A stretch of 64,000 nt of DNA from an uncultured Clostridia bacterium (GTDB lineage: Bacteria > Bacillota > Clostridia > Christensenellales > CAG-138). This document shows positions 10,154 to 19,904 of the stretch, in pieces (positions within the stretch are counted from its first letter, which is position 1; the number at the start of each line of letters is the position of its first letter). Location of the stretch: assembly GCA_944336475.1 (NCBI GenBank), contig CALVLD010000005.1, positions 26,905 through 90,904 of the forward strand, in the 5' to 3' direction. The translations under genes were made by a program, and so were the position numbers. Under the pieces are notes generated by a model. The model saw nothing but the letters and a program-made list of their open reading frames with translations. It had not been told where the DNA came from and ran no database searches.

Positions 10154-11089
10154 TTAAGCCTTGCCGTTGCATCCGAGCACATGGATCAGCTTGTGCCTTA
10201 CCATCTCCTTTATGGCAGCACGAGCGGGCTTCAGATACTGACGGGGATCGAAGTGGGAGGGATTCTCCGCAAAATACCTGCGTATGGTTCCTGTCATGGC
10301 AAGGCGCAGGTCGCTGTCAATATTGATCTTGCAGACTGCCATGGATGCGGCACGCCTCAGCATATCCTCGGGAACGCCGATGGCATCGGGCATACTCCCG
10401 CCATATTTGTTTATCATATCGACAAACTCCGGCATGACGGAGCTTGCACCGTGGAGCACAATGGGAAAGCCGGGCAGACGCTTCTCGACCTCTTCAAGTA
10501 TGTCGAAGCGGAGCTGGGGCTTCGTGCCGGGTTTGAACTTATATGCACCGTGGCTCGTACCGATGGCGATCGCAAGGCTGTCAACGCCCGTGCGCTCCAC
10601 AAACTCCTGCACCTGCTCGGGATTAGTGTAGCTTGCATCCTCCGCGGAGACATTGACGTCATCCTCGACGCCCTCAAGCCTGCCAAGCTCGCCCTCTACA
10701 ACGACACCGTGATCGTGGGCATACTCCACCACCTGACGGGTAAGGGCAATGTTATCCTCAAAGCTGTGATGCGAGCCGTCGATCATTACGGAGGTGAAGC
10801 CGCCGTCGATACAGCTCTTGCAGAGCTCGAAGGTATCGCCGTGATCGAGGTGCACGCAGATGGGCAGGTCTGTTTCGATTACCGCCGCCTCAATAAGCTT
10901 CATAAGGTAGGTGTGGTTGGCATACTTTCTTGCGCCTGAGCTGACCTGAAGAATTAGCGGAGCCTGCTCCTCCTTTGCAGCCTCGGTGATGCCCTGAATG
11001 ATCTCCATGTTGTTGACATTAAAAGCGCCTATAGCATAGCCGCCTTCGTATGCCTTCTTAAACATCTCTGTGCTTGTTACAAGTGCCAT
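10154..11089 (-). CDS. fba: class II fructose-1,6-bisphosphate aldolase
   Basis: 311 aa with HLDHG and GTSHGAYK motifs. Confidence 0.95.
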   Translation of the reverse strand: MALVTSTEMFKKAYEGGYAIGAFNVNNMEIIQGITEAAKEEQAPLILQVSSGARKYANHTYLMKLIEAAVIETDLPICVHLDHGDTFELCKSCIDGGFTSVMIDGSHHSFEDNIALTRQVVEYAHDHGVVVEGELGRLEGVEDDVNVSAEDASYTNPEQVQEFVERTGVDSLAIAIGTSHGAYKFKPGTKPQLRFDILEEVEKRLPGFPIVLHGASSVMPEFVDMINKYGGSMPDAIGVPEDMLRRAASMAVCKINIDSDLRLAMTGTIRRYFAENPSHFDPRQYLKPARAAIKEMVRHKLIHVLGCNGKA

Positions 11090-11227
11090 TTGTTATCCTC
11101 CCTCATGTAGTTCTTTTATTGTGCATATGCACGATTTAATTATACTATTCTTTTCAAAAATAGCAACCATATTTTTTACTTCCACAACGATCGGCAAAAT
11201 GGTATAATAACATTCGGAGGGGATATC

Positions 11228-11686
11228 TTGGCACTCATTATTGAAAAACGTTTTATGATTGAGGCGATTGCCGAGGCAAAGCTTGCACTGGCTGCCGACG
11301 AGGTTCCCGTGGGGGCGGTTGTCGTTATGGGAAGCGAAATAATCGCCCGTGCCCACAACACCGTGGAGGTAAGCCGTGACGGCACGCTTCACGCCGAGCT
11401 GCGCGCACTGCAATTTGCAGCAAAAGCAGTGGGCAACAGGAGACTATCCGAATGCATACTGTATGTCACGCTTGAGCCTTGCGCAATGTGCGCCGGAGCC
11501 TGCGTCAATGCACGCATAGGTGCGCTTGCATTCGGTGCATACGATGCCGTGGCCGGCGCCTGCGGCTCCGTTGTCAGCCTTACCGATGGCGTGCTGGGCA
11601 ATGTTGTCGTTCCCACGATCGGGGGCATATATGGTGAGCAATGCGGCAAGTTGCTCACATCCTATTTTAAGGAGAAGCGCAGATGA
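11228..11686 (+). CDS. tadA: tRNA-specific adenosine deaminase
   Basis: HAELRAL and PCAMCAGA deaminase motifs. TTG start lies 7 nt after GGAGG. The stop overlaps the ygiQ start. Confidence 0.9.
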   Translation: MALIIEKRFMIEAIAEAKLALAADEVPVGAVVVMGSEIIARAHNTVEVSRDGTLHAELRALQFAAKAVGNRRLSECILYVTLEPCAMCAGACVNARIGALAFGAYDAVAGACGSVVSLTDGVLGNVVVPTIGGIYGEQCGKLLTSYFKEKRR

Positions 11687-13587
11687 ACGATATAGCTGAG
11701 CGCAAACTATATAGGGATACCTCGCCCCTGCCAATGTCAAAGCGAGAGCTTATGGATGTATTCGGCACCGATACTCCGGATTTTGTCATAGTCACGGGCG
11801 ACGCATATATCGATCACCCATCGTTCTGCACCGCCATAATCGGGAGGGTGTTGCAAAGCAGAGGCTATTCGGTCGGTATAATATCCCAACCCTATTGGAA
11901 CAGGACGGAGAGCTTCACCGTGTTCGGCAGGCCTCGGTATGCCTTTTTGGTGAATTCAGGCAATATGGATTCCATGGTAAATCACTACACCAGCTCCAAC
12001 AAGCCCCGTTCAACGGATGCCTACTCGCCCGGCGGCAAGAGGGGAAAGCGCCCCGACAGAGCGGTGACGGTCTACTGCAACATGATCCGCAGAGCCTATG
12101 GCAGCGTTCCGATAATAATAGGCGGTATAGAGGCCAGTCTTCGCAGGTTTGCCCACTACGACTATTGGAGCAACCGGGTCAGGCGAAGCATACTCATTGA
12201 CTCCGGGGCAAACATACTCGTCTATGGAATGGGCGAACATCAGACGGTCGAGCTTGCCGATGCTCTGGCTTCGGGGCTTGATATACACGACATAACCTAT
12301 GTGGCGGGAACGTGCTTTCTGGCCAACAGCCTTGAAACGATCTATGATTATGACGAAATAGAGGATTTTGATACCGTTGTCTCCGATAAAAAAGCATACT
12401 GTCGAGCATTCATGCGTCAGTTTGAGGAACAGGATGCTATATCCGGCAGGCGGCTCGTGCAGAGGCATGGAGAAAGATTTCTCGTTGCGAATCCTCCTTC
12501 GGCTCCGCTCACTCAAACCGAGCTGGACGATGTATATGAGCTTCCATATACCCGTCTGCCGCATCCGTCTTACAAGGAGCACATACCTGCGCTGGATGAG
12601 GTAAAATTCTCCCTCGTATCCTCTCGCGGGTGCTTTGGAGCGTGTTCATTCTGTGCTCTCACTTTCCACCAGGGCAGGGTTATACAGGCAAGGAGCCATC
12701 AGTCCCTCGTTGCAGAAGCTAAGCTATTGACCGAGCTTGATGATTTCAAGGGTAACATACACGATGTCGGGGGACCTACCGCAAATTTTCGCAAGCCCGC
12801 CTGTAAAAAGCAGCTTGAATCGGGTGTGTGCAAGCATCGCCAGTGCCTTGGCTATGAGCGGTGCCCGAATGTGGAGGTATCGCACGATGACTACCTTCGT
12901 CTGTTGAAAAAGCTTCGTAGGGTGGATGGCGTGAAGCGTGTATTCGTCCGCAGCGGCATCCGCTATGATTATCTCATGTACGACAGGGACGACTCCTTCT
13001 TCCGCGAGCTTATCAGGCATCATGTAAGCGGTCAGCTCAAGGTTGCTCCGGAACATGTGAGCAACCGTGTTCTGCGGCTAATGGGAAAACCCCCGTCGCA
13101 GCTCTATGACAGCTTTTGTTCCAAGTATGCCCGACTCAACCGCAGCATGGGCAGGGATCAGTACATAGTGCCGTATTTCATGAGCAGTCATCCCGGGTGT
13201 GACCTTGACTCGGCAATAGAGCTTGCGCTCTATTTGAAAAAGACCGGTCAGCGGCCCGAGCAGGTGCAGGACTTCTATCCCACGCCGGGAACGCTTTCAA
13301 CATGCATGTTCTACACCGGTCTTGACCCGAGGGATATGCGTCCCGTTTATGTTCCCCGCTCTGCCGAGGAGAAAGCCATGCAACGTGCGCTAATGCAGTG
13401 TTTCATGCCGCGATATAGAGCGCTTGCCCGAAAGGCGCTCATAAAAGCTGGGCGAGAGGATCTTATCGGCTTTGGCAAGGACTGTTTGGTTCCTCCCGGC
13501 AGGGAACAGGCCACCCATGCCGCTCGTGGTACGGGCAGAAAGGAGCCATTACAACGAAAGCAGGGCAAGCGTACTCGTCGTGGTTGA
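11683..13587 (+). CDS. ygiQ: YgiQ-family radical SAM protein
   Basis: 634 aa with a CxxxCxxC cluster (CFGACSFC) and a basic C-terminal tail typical of the family. Confidence 0.88.
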   Translation: MNDIAERKLYRDTSPLPMSKRELMDVFGTDTPDFVIVTGDAYIDHPSFCTAIIGRVLQSRGYSVGIISQPYWNRTESFTVFGRPRYAFLVNSGNMDSMVNHYTSSNKPRSTDAYSPGGKRGKRPDRAVTVYCNMIRRAYGSVPIIIGGIEASLRRFAHYDYWSNRVRRSILIDSGANILVYGMGEHQTVELADALASGLDIHDITYVAGTCFLANSLETIYDYDEIEDFDTVVSDKKAYCRAFMRQFEEQDAISGRRLVQRHGERFLVANPPSAPLTQTELDDVYELPYTRLPHPSYKEHIPALDEVKFSLVSSRGCFGACSFCALTFHQGRVIQARSHQSLVAEAKLLTELDDFKGNIHDVGGPTANFRKPACKKQLESGVCKHRQCLGYERCPNVEVSHDDYLRLLKKLRRVDGVKRVFVRSGIRYDYLMYDRDDSFFRELIRHHVSGQLKVAPEHVSNRVLRLMGKPPSQLYDSFCSKYARLNRSMGRDQYIVPYFMSSHPGCDLDSAIELALYLKKTGQRPEQVQDFYPTPGTLSTCMFYTGLDPRDMRPVYVPRSAEEKAMQRALMQCFMPRYRALARKALIKAGREDLIGFGKDCLVPPGREQATHAARGTGRKEPLQRKQGKRTRRG

Positions 13588-13665
13588 CGAGAGGCGATAT
13601 TCGGTTTATAATATCACGGTCTGATAATCTTCGCATTCAGCGGAAAGCACGGAGGTCAATTTGGG

Positions 13666-14883
13666 ATGAGCAGTATAATTGAGGTTAATAGTGAGATAGG
13701 TCGTCTGCGCAGGGTCATGCTTCACAGGCCGGGTGTTGAGCTGTCGCGTCTTATACCCGAGTATCTTGAGCGCATGCTTGCGGAGGACACCCCCGATGTA
13801 ATCCGCGCCGGTCGGGAACACGATGTTTTTGCCGGTATACTACGCAATGCAGGTGTCGATGTCATCTACATTGAGGATGAGTTCGCTGAGATTATGAAGA
13901 ACGGCGGCATCCGTCTCGCCTTCATCTGTGATTATATCGATGTGGCCGTCAAGGGCGATTCACTTAAGCCGGCAGTGCGTGAATACCTGTGCAGCGTCGC
14001 TCCTGAGAAGTTGTTTGATACGGTCGCACAGGGAATAACCTGCCGGGATCTGTACAGCGTCTCCCCCACCCCTATACAGCTCAGCATACACGATGATTAT
14101 CCGTTTTTAATCGATCCGCTTCCCAACATCTACTTCACAAGAGACATCAGCTTCTGTCTGGGCACAGGCATTGCCATTTCCGCAATGAGTATGCCCGCCA
14201 GAATGAGAGAGACTCTTTTCATCCGCTACCTGCACAAATATGGCAAGAAGTTCGGCGCAGGCTCTGTGGATCTGCTCTACGACTACAACTGTGGCTGTCC
14301 TATAGAGGGCGGTGATGTTCTTTCCCTCTCCGACAGGTGCGTTGCCGTCGGCTGTGGTGAGCGTACGACCGTTGCCGCCGTTGAAAAGCTGGCAAAGGTG
14401 CTGTTTGCCCGTGGATTTGAAAGGGTGCTTCTGTTCAAGAATCCTGCAAGCCGTACATATATGCACCTCGATGTGCTGCTGACCCACGTTGATTACGACA
14501 AATTCCTTGCACATCCGTGTATGGCGCACAAGTGGTTTGACGTATATGAGCTTACGCCTGCCGGTCATGGAGAGATCGCTGTCAACTGCACTACCGACGG
14601 CGTTGACCGTATTCTGGCAAGGGCACTCGGCATTGACGGTGTACATCTCATCGAGATTGGCGGCGGCGATGTGATAACCGCCAAGCGTGAGCATTGGAAT
14701 ATGGGTGCGAACTCCCTCGCCATCTCCCCTGCAAACATAATTACCTATGACCGTAATGCCGTCACAAATGAGCTGCTCGACAAGGCAGGCGTTAAGGTCA
14801 ACCCGATACCCGGCGGTGAGCTCTCCCGCGGGAGAGGCGGCCCTCGCTGCATGAGCATGCCCATGGTTAGGGATAATATTTGA
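13666..14883 (+). CDS. arcA: arginine deiminase
   Basis: 405 aa with N-terminal SEIGRLRRVMLHRPG and the C-terminal catalytic-Cys context GGPRCMSMP. No arcB or arcC is adjacent. Confidence 0.9.
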   Translation: MSSIIEVNSEIGRLRRVMLHRPGVELSRLIPEYLERMLAEDTPDVIRAGREHDVFAGILRNAGVDVIYIEDEFAEIMKNGGIRLAFICDYIDVAVKGDSLKPAVREYLCSVAPEKLFDTVAQGITCRDLYSVSPTPIQLSIHDDYPFLIDPLPNIYFTRDISFCLGTGIAISAMSMPARMRETLFIRYLHKYGKKFGAGSVDLLYDYNCGCPIEGGDVLSLSDRCVAVGCGERTTVAAVEKLAKVLFARGFERVLLFKNPASRTYMHLDVLLTHVDYDKFLAHPCMAHKWFDVYELTPAGHGEIAVNCTTDGVDRILARALGIDGVHLIEIGGGDVITAKREHWNMGANSLAISPANIITYDRNAVTNELLDKAGVKVNPIPGGELSRGRGGPRCMSMPMVRDNI

Positions 14884-14908
14884 AACACTAAAGATTGGAG
14901 ATGGAGCA

Positions 14909-15970
14909 ATGAGAAAAATCGGTATTCTTACTGGCGGCGGAGACTGCCCCGGACTCAACGCAGTTATCCGAGGCGTAGTTGAAAAATGCGCAACGGCAGG
15001 CATCGAGGTGTTTGGATTCCTTGATGGTTGGAGGGGCGTGCTCTCCGCACGGGGCCGTTGGCTGACGGTGAAGGATGTTGAGGGCATCCAGACCCAGGGC
15101 GGCACAATAATCGGCAGTTCACGCACAAACGTAATGGCCTGTGAGAACGGTCCTGAGACCATTGTTGAGGTCATGAATGCCATGGGGTTAGAGGGTATTA
15201 TTGCGATTGGCGGCGATGACACACTTGGTGTGGCAAACATGATGTCCAAGCAGGGAACCAACATGATAGGCGTCCCAAAGACAATTGACAATGACCTGAG
15301 TTGTACCGATAATACATTCGGATTTGATACGGCATCCAACATAGCTATGGAAGCCATCGACCGCCTGCAGACTACCGCAAAAGCACATTCACGCTGCATA
15401 GTGTGCGAGTGCATGGGGCGTCACACCGGTTGGATAGCATTGCAGGCGGGTCTTGCGGCGGATGCACATCTGGTGCTCATACCCGAATTTCCAATGGGCT
15501 TTGACGAGATCGTCAGCCTTATCCGCCGTCGCTATCTACGCGGAGAGCGATTCACCATCATAGTGGTTGCGGAGGGCTTCTCCCTCAAGGGTGCAGATGA
15601 GATTGATCTCGGCACGGATGCATTTGGCAATAAGCTCCTCATGCACAAGAACCTTGCAAAGAACCTATCCGACATGATCGAGCGTGCCATGCGTGCCGAT
15701 CCGCTGCTCGGAGCAGACGCACAGCACTTCGAGTGCAGGCCAGTGGTGCTTGGGCACATCCAGCGCGGCGGTGCGCCGACTGCGTTCGACCGTGTTCTGG
15801 GTACGCGCCTCGGCATAAAGGCCGGTGAGCTTGTAATAGAGCACAGGTATGGCCGCATGGTCGCACAGATAGGCAACAGCATAGTGGATGCCGACCTGGA
15901 CAAAGCAGTTACCGTTCGCAAGGAGGTTGACAGGGACTTCTATGAGGCGGCATCTCTGTACTTTAAATGA
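14909..15970 (+). CDS. pfp: 6-phosphofructokinase, motifs suggest PPi-dependent type
   Basis: GILTGGGDCPGLN, GGDDT and PKTIDND motifs. Asp and Lys occupy the positions that are Gly/Gly in ATP-dependent enzymes, an established specificity marker. The donor assignment is inference. Confidence 0.88.
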   Translation: MRKIGILTGGGDCPGLNAVIRGVVEKCATAGIEVFGFLDGWRGVLSARGRWLTVKDVEGIQTQGGTIIGSSRTNVMACENGPETIVEVMNAMGLEGIIAIGGDDTLGVANMMSKQGTNMIGVPKTIDNDLSCTDNTFGFDTASNIAMEAIDRLQTTAKAHSRCIVCECMGRHTGWIALQAGLAADAHLVLIPEFPMGFDEIVSLIRRRYLRGERFTIIVVAEGFSLKGADEIDLGTDAFGNKLLMHKNLAKNLSDMIERAMRADPLLGADAQHFECRPVVLGHIQRGGAPTAFDRVLGTRLGIKAGELVIEHRYGRMVAQIGNSIVDADLDKAVTVRKEVDRDFYEAASLYFK

Positions 15971-16038
15971 GTCCTTCCTCGTTCGGAGGCAAGCCGATGT
16001 CTCAATAACGCTCAAGCCCTGATGGATTTCAGCAAAAC

Positions 16039-16081
16039 AAAGACCATGCGATAGGCCTAAGCCGTCTGCATGGTCTTTTTA
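16039..16081. terminator. hairpin between convergent pfk and hydrolase genes
   Basis: AAAGACCATGC (16039-16049) pairs with GCATGGTCTTT (16068-16078). A T-run follows on the plus strand and an A-run precedes it. Confidence 0.5.
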
Positions 16082-16092
16082 TGCGTATTTTA

Positions 16093-17016
16093 TCAAACCG
16101 ATCTCAGAAATGCCGCAATACCCCTGTATACTTCGTTGCGGTTGGACTCGTTGTGCATCTCGTGTCTGCCGTCCTTGTAGAGCTGAAGCACCACCTTGGT
16201 CTTGCCAGTTTTACGCAGAGCTTCGCAAACTTCGACTACCCCTCTGCCGTAACTTCCGACGGGATCCTGTGCTCCTGCAAGCATGTATATGGGTACATTT
16301 TTGATCTTTTTTGCCCACTTTTTGCCCTGTATCTCGCTAATACCGTCAAAGAGATCCCGATACCCTGCGCAGGTGAAGCGGAATCCGCAGAGTTCATCTG
16401 CATCGTATGCTTCAACGATGCTATCGACGGTCGTGAGCCATGCATTTGCGGACTTTGGCTTATCGATCCGCTTGTTGTATGCGCCGAACGCAAGCTCATC
16501 CAGCATTGGGCTCATACCCCTTGGGCCATACTTTCTGAGCTGTTGCTTAACTATGAGCTTCGCTATAGGTACAGCCGGATTCTTACCCGCAGTGCCGGAG
16601 AAAATGTATGCGTCAAAATCATCGGGATACCTTGAGGCATATGTCCTTGCGAGGAAGCTGCCCATCGAGTGTCCGTACAGCACCTTCTTTACACCGGGAC
16701 ACTCCGCATCGATAAAGTTGCAGAGAGTCCGCATATCCTCGACAACACATGTCCAACCGTTCTCATCGGCAAAGAAGCCCTTGGCACCCGTGCCGTTTAT
16801 CGACTTGCCATGACCTGCATGATCCCCTGCATACACAGCGTAGCCGAGCTCGTTGAGGTACTGGGCAATATGGTCATAGCGCAGAGAATGCTCCGCCATG
16901 CCGTGGGCGATCTGTATCACCGCCTTTGGATTCCTCTCATATTCGCCCTGCGGCATCCATTTATGAACATGGATATCGCAAACGCCCGTTTTTGACGGAA
17001 ACATAAATGTCTGCAT
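16093..17016 (-). CDS. alpha/beta hydrolase (lysophospholipase/monoacylglycerol lipase-like)
   Basis: 307 aa with the nucleophile elbow GHSMGS. Confidence 0.85.
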   Translation of the reverse strand: MQTFMFPSKTGVCDIHVHKWMPQGEYERNPKAVIQIAHGMAEHSLRYDHIAQYLNELGYAVYAGDHAGHGKSINGTGAKGFFADENGWTCVVEDMRTLCNFIDAECPGVKKVLYGHSMGSFLARTYASRYPDDFDAYIFSGTAGKNPAVPIAKLIVKQQLRKYGPRGMSPMLDELAFGAYNKRIDKPKSANAWLTTVDSIVEAYDADELCGFRFTCAGYRDLFDGISEIQGKKWAKKIKNVPIYMLAGAQDPVGSYGRGVVEVCEALRKTGKTKVVLQLYKDGRHEMHNESNRNEVYRGIAAFLRSV

Positions 17017-17034
17017 CGTCCCCCTCTAAAGCAC

Positions 17035-17130
17035 TCAGAGTAGCAGGAAAGAGATCACGGTGTATAACACTGCGCCCAAAAAGGCAAGTGCCATTATTAA
17101 AGCTATAAGCCTGATGACCTTCTTGCTCAT
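17035..17130 (-). CDS. 31-aa single-TM peptide
   Basis: MSKKVIRLIALIMALAFLGAVLYTVISFLLL. Its ATG overlaps the TGA of the upstream DUF2812-like gene (ATGA). Confidence 0.35.
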   Translation of the reverse strand: MSKKVIRLIALIMALAFLGAVLYTVISFLLL

Positions 17131-17777
17131 TGCGGCTGCACCTCGAGCAGGACGACGGTTGCGGCCATGCATAGCAGTATAACGATTGCGGCATACAGCA
17201 GCATATGTACGATATACGCCGCCACAGATCTGCGGCGAGGCCGCTTTCCCATGATTATTGCGATATTTCGTGTTTCTGATACTGCTGCCGCGATCCACTG
17301 TATTACAAGCACCAGCAGTGCAGCATAGATGAATATGCGGTTCAGTGCAAACAGTCTGCCCGCCTCGTATTGGTTTATCACTATATAGGCAAGGGCGAGC
17401 AGACCAAATATCGCCATAACTATCTGAGCAGCCCGGTGGCGTTTTACTATTGCCACTTCCCTCTCCGGTATCTCAAAGTTCTCGACATCGAGCGAAGCAT
17501 CAGCAATGAACATCATCTGCGAGATGCCGTCACTGCTGACATACCGCCAGCCTGTCTCCTGCACCATAGACACAAAGCGGTTGAATTCGGAGCCCGACAC
17601 CTCAAAATAGACAAGACGGCACTTGATCTCACAAGGCTCTGCTCTCTTGAATGTTATAGTATGCTTTGCCAAAGTCTCCGGCAGCCAGCCGGAACGGGCA
17701 AGCGCCTCGACACGCTTTTCTTCAATGTCGAAAAGCCCTGCATTCTTGATCCTGAGTATACGTTTTTTGTTTGCCAT
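17127..17777 (-). CDS. membrane protein resembling DUF2812
   Basis: 216 aa. A soluble N-terminal half is followed by several TM segments, an architecture like DUF2812 proteins (family assigned from memory). Confidence 0.65.
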   Translation of the reverse strand: MANKKRILRIKNAGLFDIEEKRVEALARSGWLPETLAKHTITFKRAEPCEIKCRLVYFEVSGSEFNRFVSMVQETGWRYVSSDGISQMMFIADASLDVENFEIPEREVAIVKRHRAAQIVMAIFGLLALAYIVINQYEAGRLFALNRIFIYAALLVLVIQWIAAAVSETRNIAIIMGKRPRRRSVAAYIVHMLLYAAIVILLCMAATVVLLEVQPQ

Positions 17778-17790
17778 GGGTAAATTCTCC

Positions 17791-19689
17791 TTAATCCAGC
17801 TTTATGCCGTATATGGCGGCTGGCAGTCCGCTGCCGCCTGACCCCCGTGTGCCGACTACGATTATCCCATCGAATATTGCAGGAGTGCTCTCGACACGGC
17901 TGCCGAGGTCAAATGTTGTGATAACGGCGCCGTCCTTTGCGTTATGCAGCGTCATTATGCCGTTCCTGTCGCACTGGATGATATAAGCCTTGCCGCTTGC
18001 GGAATAGACCACTACAGGGCTGCTCCAATAGCTCCACTTCTGGGTATGTCTCCATACCTCCTCGCCCGTGATTTTGTCGTATGCTATCATGAGCCCACAG
18101 GGTTCGCCCGTTACAATATTTCCGTTGGCATCAGTGTAGCTGACATCGGCAAGCGTCATGGAATAGATGACGAGATTGCTTATCTCTCCCGTGCCGACAT
18201 GCGGAGTGGCAAGCGTGCCTCCGTTTGAGGAGCTGCCGCCTACGCTTGCGGAGACCGTCCGCTCCCATATGAGCTCACCCGTGAGTGCATTGAACTTGCG
18301 GTGGTAACTCAGGCCGGAATTGTCTGTGCGCGGCTGTTTGTCAACCTCGTTTGCGGTGTAGAGGTATACATTACCGGAGGTGTAGTCCTCTTCTATTACT
18401 ATGGTGACATCGGAGTCGTCGGTAACATCCAGCACATACTTGAGCTCGAGCGTGTTCATGTCTATGCACTGAAGCCTTCCGCCGTTGTCGGTAATAAACA
18501 GATAGTGGCTCCAGCAGGCGGCACTGCTCTCAAACCCATACCAGCGCATATTAGGATCATCCGATGGCGAGTACCCCGATGACACGGAATACTTGTATTT
18601 GAGCAGCGGATCGGGCGTTACGGTCAATGTGCCCGTGGCAAGGTCAAAGTTGGTGTTGAGCCTGACAAAGTAGATGCATCCGTTCTCTCCCGGCATTATG
18701 AGCGTATCCGCATCGGCACAGACAAGTGGGCTACTGTCATACGCCTGCCACTGGCGTGGCGAGAACGGATCCGTACCGCCAAAGCTGTATTCAACGGTGT
18801 TTGTTATAAGATTGATTATGCGTACCCATGCGCCCGTGTATGTGCCATCGGAGCTGGTGATACCCTGCCCCGTGTAGAGAAGCGGATAGCCCCTTGGGTC
18901 AAGGGCTGCCGTGCCTTTGGTAATGACACCTATGTCAATCGGCTGTCTGGACGGCTCGCCTGATTCAAGATCGAAAAAGTATATCTTGCCGTCCATGGTG
19001 GGATATATAACCTCAACAAAGCCTTCGTCATACTTAAACTTATCGTACACGCCGAGTATGGCGCGAACTTCCTGCTCCCATTGGATGATTATCGGCTGAC
19101 CTGTCCAACCAGTGCCGGAGCCGCTGTACCCATTCATATAGAGACCGCCGACAGGCGATGACCAGAGCTTTGTAAACTGCTCATTCGTTACGGTCGGGTT
19201 GCCGTATGAGAAGCCGTTGCGGTAATTGTTGCCCGCAAACGTAAGCACTCCCTTTGCGGCGCTGTACCCTGCGCCCGTGGGGAAGCTCATATCGACAGGG
19301 CTGCTCCACGAGGCAACATCCTGACCATCATACATTATCGATGTGGAAAAGCCCATAGCATCCGGCGATATGCCCTCTATTGGAGCAAGCTCCAGGTTTA
19401 GCGGGGCAAATGGCTCAGGTGTTGAAACCGGGGCTGTTGTTGGCTGCTCGGTCGGCTCTGCGGAGTTTGCTGCGGTGGGCGTCACCGTGACCACATGCTC
19501 ACTCGGTCGACCCTCATTAACGAACTTGACAATGGCGATCACGCCGACTGTCAGCAGCACGGCAACAAGCGCCAGCAGGAGCAAGCCTCGCCAGTTGAAC
19601 TCCCTGTGCTTTACTCGCCGCATTGGCCTTGCATAGTTATAGTGATGAACCTTATAGTAACGTCTTTTCATGTGCATCTGCCGGTACAC
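17791..19689 (-). CDS. membrane-anchored PQQ-like beta-propeller repeat protein
   Basis: 632 aa with a basic N-terminus, one TM segment and a Pro/Thr linker. The remainder is repetitive and beta-propeller-like. The exact start is uncertain (GTG 19689 or downstream ATGs). Confidence 0.7.
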   Translation of the reverse strand: MYRQMHMKRRYYKVHHYNYARPMRRVKHREFNWRGLLLLALVAVLLTVGVIAIVKFVNEGRPSEHVVTVTPTAANSAEPTEQPTTAPVSTPEPFAPLNLELAPIEGISPDAMGFSTSIMYDGQDVASWSSPVDMSFPTGAGYSAAKGVLTFAGNNYRNGFSYGNPTVTNEQFTKLWSSPVGGLYMNGYSGSGTGWTGQPIIIQWEQEVRAILGVYDKFKYDEGFVEVIYPTMDGKIYFFDLESGEPSRQPIDIGVITKGTAALDPRGYPLLYTGQGITSSDGTYTGAWVRIINLITNTVEYSFGGTDPFSPRQWQAYDSSPLVCADADTLIMPGENGCIYFVRLNTNFDLATGTLTVTPDPLLKYKYSVSSGYSPSDDPNMRWYGFESSAACWSHYLFITDNGGRLQCIDMNTLELKYVLDVTDDSDVTIVIEEDYTSGNVYLYTANEVDKQPRTDNSGLSYHRKFNALTGELIWERTVSASVGGSSSNGGTLATPHVGTGEISNLVIYSMTLADVSYTDANGNIVTGEPCGLMIAYDKITGEEVWRHTQKWSYWSSPVVVYSASGKAYIIQCDRNGIMTLHNAKDGAVITTFDLGSRVESTPAIFDGIIVVGTRGSGGSGLPAAIYGIKLD

Positions 19690-19904
19690 TCAATAAACCG
19701 GCAGATACTCTCCTTCCAGTATACTCCCGTACATTGTACCATAAAAGAATCATTTTTCATAGTGTCCTGCCAATCTGTTACATTAAATTTACATTTTTGC
19801 TTTCCAATATCGTGATAACGGTGCAAATGTGTTTTACATCCTATTAGACCGCAAAAGCAAGGGACTGCGCCTATGGTACAGCCCCTTGTTCGCTATACTG
19901 TTAC

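Noticed and set aside
14107-15414. Very long ORFs antisense to well-supported genes: 14107-15414(-), 37954-39360(-), 25309-26766(+), 20796-21914(+), 9800-10939(+), 8465-9691(+), 46084-47016(-), 42629-43594(-), 45179-46033(-), 56351-57340(+), 6511-7329(-).
   Set aside because: Each lies entirely opposite a gene with unmistakable family motifs (arcA/pfk, iorA, infB, pnp, fba, lgt, the AIR-synthase-like gene, pcrA, ligA, the ABC exporter, copA). Their products are low-complexity and rich in Arg/Ala/Gly/His or Ser/Pro, with no recognisable motifs. Such stop-poor shadow frames are expected in G+C-rich coding DNA.
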